DNA of 36,769 nucleotides, from the NCBI GenBank assembly GCA_051599415.1, contig AP039706.1, forward strand, positions 248,001 through 284,769, given 5' to 3'. This DNA comes from Savitreella phatthalungensis (Eukaryota). The notes beneath the pieces are model-generated. The model was not told the origin of the DNA. It did not search any database and saw nothing but the letters and a program-made list of their open reading frames with translations. The position numbers and the translations under genes are program-made. This document shows, in pieces, positions 32,631 through 36,769 of the stretch; the stretch's first letter is position 1, and every line of letters begins with the position of its first letter.

Positions 32631-32690
32631 GGTGTGGATTATTTATGCTTTCATCGGCTATGACGTCGAGCTTTTGGGTCTACACATGCT

Positions 32691-33767
32691 TCATTTAATT
32701 CCCCGTGACGGCACGTAATTCCTCAGTTGCGCCATGACAAGCAGGACAGCTTCCTCTGTACGGATGGTCCGCGAACCTTGATCCGGAGCGGCGTTGACCC
32801 ACCTGTCGAACAGCTTTTCAGCTTCTTCCGGCGGCAGATCAAGCTTCGGGTCCCGTTCGATTGCATGCTCGAGCCCGGCGAGGCCGCCGAAGACGACTAA
32901 TAGATGTTTGAATTTTGGCAGCTCTGGCACCACCTTGCCCAAGTCCTTGCCCCTCTCCGACGTCCCAAGGGTCAAATCATAGCCCTCATCGAAGCCGCAC
33001 TCTGTGAAGACGCTTGAGAGCGAATCCGCAAGCCGCACCCGATAGCCCCAGTAGTATCCCAGTTTTTCCCGCGGCGCCGTGGGAGGCGCCACGTCGATCC
33101 GATCAAGCGCCTTGTCGTGCCCATGTCCCTGATAGGATGTCTTTGACGGCTTGTGCGTGCCCATGGAAACTGTAACGCGTGTCGTCGCAGGCAAGTTACG
33201 GTCGACCACGCATTTTCTGCGCAAGCCAATATCAATCACGCTCTTCTTATTCAGATCGACATCGTAGCCATCTCTCTGTACCTCCTCTGCAGAAAGGACG
33301 ACACCCTCTCGGTAAGGACACGCGTCCTCGATCCGCAGATGATGTGGACAGTCGAGGGGTGCAAGCAGCCCAACGTATCTCAGGTCGCGATGCATCGGGA
33401 ATATGCGCTTGCGAAGATATTGCGGAGTCTCCAGATATTGAAGAATACGGGCTAGGAAGATATTCGCCTCGCTGAAGCCCCCGTTCTTCTCGCGAAATCG
33501 GTCTTGTTCATTCTCGTGGTGCTTCTGGCCGGCGGCAGCATGGGCCTCCTCGTCAAAAATGACGACCTCGTCTACGTTGAAAATTGCCGCAGCACGGGCG
33601 ATTTGTCCTGCAAGCGCCGTTTTCAGCTCCAGAGTCTGCGCATTCTTGATGATGCCGCCGGGCAATGCGAGCGAAACCGTATATCTCCGGCCTCCAGAGG
33701 CTTTCGCGATCGCCGATGGCTTTGCAGTGTCCAGCGTCTTCTGCCGCTTATTCGGCGGCTCTGTCAT
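32691..33767 (-). CDS. SPOUT-family RNA methyltransferase (SPOUT1/C9orf114, YGR283C/YMR310C-like)
   Basis: TVSLALPG.II.NAQ, QIARAAAIFNVDEVVIF, YLETPQYLRK, PLD.PHH, GYYWGY.VR, GTSERG, QGSRTIRTEEA. Confidence 0.93.
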   Translation of the reverse strand: MTEPPNKRQKTLDTAKPSAIAKASGGRRYTVSLALPGGIIKNAQTLELKTALAGQIARAAAIFNVDEVVIFDEEAHAAAGQKHHENEQDRFREKNGGFSEANIFLARILQYLETPQYLRKRIFPMHRDLRYVGLLAPLDCPHHLRIEDACPYREGVVLSAEEVQRDGYDVDLNKKSVIDIGLRRKCVVDRNLPATTRVTVSMGTHKPSKTSYQGHGHDKALDRIDVAPPTAPREKLGYYWGYRVRLADSLSSVFTECGFDEGYDLTLGTSERGKDLGKVVPELPKFKHLLVVFGGLAGLEHAIERDPKLDLPPEEAEKLFDRWVNAAPDQGSRTIRTEEAVLLVMAQLRNYVPSRGIK

Positions 33768-34273
33768 GGTCTCGCACCCACTCCCAAGCGCGAATCTTTG
33801 CCCGATCTCCTCTGATAGGGTCCTCGGGCATGCTTAAGCTTTGATATGTACCTCGAGTGCGTAAAAGCTCGTTGTGGCTTGAGCGCTTGAGCCACGTTCG
33901 TTTACCAGATGATCCAGTATTTCAGAGATTTCCTTGTTGCATCCGACCAAAATTTGTCCACGTCAAGGATATGCATCTCGGTGGGGGAAGGGATGCGTTG
34001 AAAACACCTTGCCAAAGCATTTGCACGGGGCTCCGTTCGGCTCCGGCATAGAAAGCCTGGCACAGGACCAATCATTCTAAGCGGACCCCAAGAAAACTCG
34101 ATGCACTCCCAGCAGACCTGCCGCTCTCCACAAGGTCTTTTCTGCATGACACAATTCCGATGCTGAGTAGAAGAGGGTTACACTGAGTAATCCTTTTCCA
34201 AGCAAGATATAGAAGGCCTCAAATTGCCATCTAATCATTTTCTTTTCACAAATCCCTAACTGTGGTTACCGGA

Positions 34274-34412
34274 GCCAGATTATAGCCATGAAGTTAGAAA
34301 CAAACCACTGCATGGCATCCCTATATATATTCCGTTCAAAAATCCCAAACTGTTTTCAGCAGCGCCAGATTATAGCCATGAAGTTAGGGATGAAACACTG
34401 CATGGCATCCCT
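34274..34412. repeat. Imperfect ~50-bp direct duplication at the subtelomere boundary
   Basis: gccagattatagccatgaagttag...cactgcatggcatcccta occurs at ~34275-34323 and again at ~34364-34413. Confidence 0.85.
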
Positions 34413-34437
34413 AACTGAAAGTCAACAGTTAGGGACG

Positions 34438-34863
34438 AACCAAACTGTAAAACCAAACTGTAAAACCAAACTGTAGAACCAAACTGTAAAAACCAAACTG
34501 TAGAACCAAACTGCAAGAACCAAACTGCAAAACCAAACTGTAAAAACCAAACTGTAGAACCAAACTGCAAAAACCAAACTGTAAAACCAAACTGTAAAAA
34601 CCAAACTGTAGAACCAAACTGCAAGAACCAAACTGTAAAACCAAACTGTAAAAACCAAACTGCGAAACCAAACTGTAAAAACCAAACTGTAGAACCAAAC
34701 TGCAAGAACCAAACTGCAAAACCAAACTGTAAAACCAAACTGTAAAACCAAACTGTAAAACCAAACTGTAAAACCAAACTGCAAGAACCAAACTGCAAAA
34801 CCAAACTGTAAAACCAAACTGCATCCAAGACTGCAGCGCTCCACAGATGTGAACCAAACTGCA
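34438..34863. repeat. Subtelomeric minisatellite with 13-14-bp unit AACCAAACTG(T/C)A(A)(A/G)
   Basis: 29 contiguous copies of the CCAAACTG core counted to ~34823, plus one detached copy near 34853. Confidence 0.97.
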
Positions 34864-34871
34864 TCATGAAC

Positions 34872-34972
34872 TCTGCATTTTCTGCATTTTCTGCATTCCC
34901 TGCATTTCACTGCATTCTATGCATTCCCTGCATTCCACTGCATTCTATGCATTTGACTGCCTTCTCTGCATC
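34872..34972. repeat. Subtelomeric 9-10-bp tandem repeat (CTGCATTYY)n
   Basis: About 10 copies: ctgcatttt ctgcatttt ctgcattcc ctgcatttca ctgcattct ... Confidence 0.9.
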
Positions 34973-35590
34973 TCTCTGTGCATGAATGTGAAAAAATTTG
35001 GCAAAACCCCCTGTATCAGAACACTCAGAGAAATGTTCTGACCTCGTGCATGGAGGGAAAGCCCCTGAGAGCGCTCTTGCTCCCTGACTGCCTAGAGCTT
35101 ATTGGCAGTTAATTGTTGCTCCAAGCAGGATTTGAACTTGAGACCTCAAAGTTCAAATTCTGCCAGACCTTCATTTACCCTCCATGCACAAAGCTCATGA
35201 CTCAGTAGCTCAGTGGGGGCCAAACCACTGTGCCACAAAGACGAAGGGCCTTGCATTGTGAGCACGTGGCAAACACAGTATATAAACCAAATCTAATTCA
35301 GACAGTGAAAAACCGTTGTACATGTGAAAATGTTTTTTATAGAGTTGATCAATGGCGTCATGATGAGACTAGTCTTGTGATCATCCCACACCTAGATCAG
35401 AAGATATAGGCTATCAAAGCGGTCAAAATGAGAAAACAATGTCATGTTGTGTATACATAGAGGCATAGATTAAAAGAGATAGGAGATAAGATAGGAATAA
35501 GATGGATCAATTCAGCGGCTATCTAGATATATTCCTCGCGTTTGACCCTGTTTGTTTGACCTGGTTTAGATAGGGGCAATTTTTTCGTCT

Positions 35591-36535
35591 GACAAACGGC
35601 GCAATGCACAAAAATTTGGCGCCGTTTGTTGTGCATCCGACCTCAAATTGGCGCCAAAATGGCGCCGTTTGTCAGCGGGGCCGGCAAGACAAAATTTGAT
35701 CCTATCTGGAGGCACTCAGAAGAATAATTTGATCTCCAAAAAATATCAATTTTGGCGCCGTTTGTCGAGTTTTGGTCATGTGAGGCGCCGTTTGTCATAA
35801 TTTGATCACCAAAAAATATCACTTTTGGCGCCGTTTTTTGGAAATAGATTGCCTGTGCGCCGTTTGTTCTGTGCATCCATTTGAAATTGGCGCCGTTTGT
35901 CAGACAGCTGACCACCAAATTGGCGCCGTTTGTCGTGCATCCATTTGAAATTGGCGCTGTTTGTCGAACAGCTGACCACCAAATTGGCGCCATTTGTCAA
36001 ACACCTAGTGAGGATTTGGCGCCGTTTGTCGTGCATCCATATAAAATTGGCGCCATTTGTCAGACAGCTGACCACCAAATTGGCGCTGTTTGTCAAACAC
36101 CTAGTGAGGACCTGGCGCCGTTTGTCGTGCATCCATATAAAATTGGCGCTGTTTGTCAGACAGCTGACCACCAAATTGGCGCCGTTTGTCAAACACCTAG
36201 TGAGGACCTGGCGCCGTTTGTCAAACACCTAGTGAGGATTTGGCGCCATTTGTCAAACGCCGGGCAAGCACTTGGCGCCGTTTGTCAGGCACCTGACCAG
36301 CAAATTGGCGCCGTTTGTCAAACACCTAGTGAGGACCTGGCGCCGTTTGTCGTGCATCCATATGAGATTGGCGCCATTTGTCAGGCACCTGACCAGCAAA
36401 TTGGCGCCGTTTGTCAGGCAGCTGACCAGCAAATTGGCGCTGTTTGTCAAACGCCGGGCGAGCACTTGGCGCCGTTTGTCAAACACCTAGTGAGGACCTG
36501 GCGCCGTTTGTTCTGTGCATCCATTTGAGATTGGC
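35591..36535. repeat. Telomere-associated array: constant core TTGGCGCCGTTTGTC with four recurring spacer types, period 31-33 bp
   Basis: 20 regular units at 35887-36530, about 7 more loosely spaced cores at 35617-35870, and one inverted core at 35591-35602. Confidence 0.95.
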
Positions 36536-36698
36536 TTAGGGTTAGGGTTTTTTTTTTTGGGTTTTTTTTGGGTTAGGGTTAGGGTTAGGGTTAGGGTTAG
36601 GGTTAGGGTTAGGGTTAGGGTTAGGGTTAGGGTTAGGGTTAGGGTTAGGGTTAGGGTTAGGGTTAGGGTTAGGGTTAGGGTTAGGGTTAGGGTTAGGG
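36536..36698 (+). repeat. Telomere (TTAGGG)n
   Basis: Two TTAGGG, two T-expanded variants (T11GGG, T8GGG), then 21 perfect TTAGGG at 36573-36698. The G-rich strand runs 5'->3' towards the end. Confidence 0.99.
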
Positions 36699-36769
36699 AG
36701 GTGCTGTTCTCGCAAAGGCAGAAAGTAGTCTTAACCTTAGCAATACGTAACTGAACGAAGTACAGACAA
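36699..36769 (-). other. Sequencing artefact: untrimmed Oxford Nanopore native barcode 06 and ligation adapter
   Basis: AGGTGCTG flank, TTCTCGCAAAGGCAGAAAGTAGTC (BC06/NB06), TTAACCTT flank, then AGCAATACGTAACTGAACGAAGTAC (reverse complement of the ONT adapter). Confidence 0.97.

Noticed and set aside
34370..34910. Hydrophobic ORFs (VWFLQFG repeats) on the minus strand
   Set aside because: All three frames are open and give the same peptide, a product of the stop-free minisatellite.
35115..35271. Intact tRNA gene or ribozyme (hammerhead, TPP riboswitch) in the hairpin-rich element
   Set aside because: The A-box-like and B-box-like motifs are not in tRNA order on one strand, no cloverleaf forms, and I found no CTGANGA/GAAA core or TPP consensus.
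35643..36528. ORFs of 72-215 aa across the subtelomeric array
   Set aside because: They are translations of the repeat, open in several frames and on both strands; the 96-bp triplet preserves frame by chance.
35887..36535. CRISPR array (repeat-spacer appearance)
   Set aside because: Spacers are only 16-18 nt and recur as four types, there are no cas genes, and the context is a eukaryotic telomere.
36515..36754. (VR)n ORF
   Set aside because: It is a translation of telomere repeats plus the sequencing adapter.

Overview
Right-hand end of a chromosome from a compact, intron-poor, fairly GC-rich fungus. The proteins and gene style suggest a Taphrinomycotina-like ascomycete yeast, which is an inference. 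Positions 0.3-33.8 kb hold about 21 tightly packed protein-coding genes, mostly conserved housekeeping genes: PX-PH-RhoGAP, enoyl-CoA hydratase, SmB, COG1, UreD, class I glutamine amidotransferase, Grx4, FEN1, DHA1 MFS transporter, pyruvate carboxylase, ADE16/17, PRE10, enolase, SDR, Ufe1, nucleotide-sugar transporter, a WBP2-like protein and a SPOUT methyltransferase. Only three short introns (44-48 nt) could be inferred. Two adjacent orphan genes share three copies of a divergent Myb/SANT-like repeat, and the third copy is visible only after splicing. A gene-free, modular subtelomere of about 2.3 kb follows: a cluster of TTAGGG-core sites, 13/14-bp and 9/10-bp minisatellites, a hairpin-rich element with B-box-like sequences, and a ~32-bp-period array with a constant core and four shuffled spacer types. 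It ends in (TTAGGG)n. The last 71 nt are an untrimmed Oxford Nanopore native barcode 06 and adapter.
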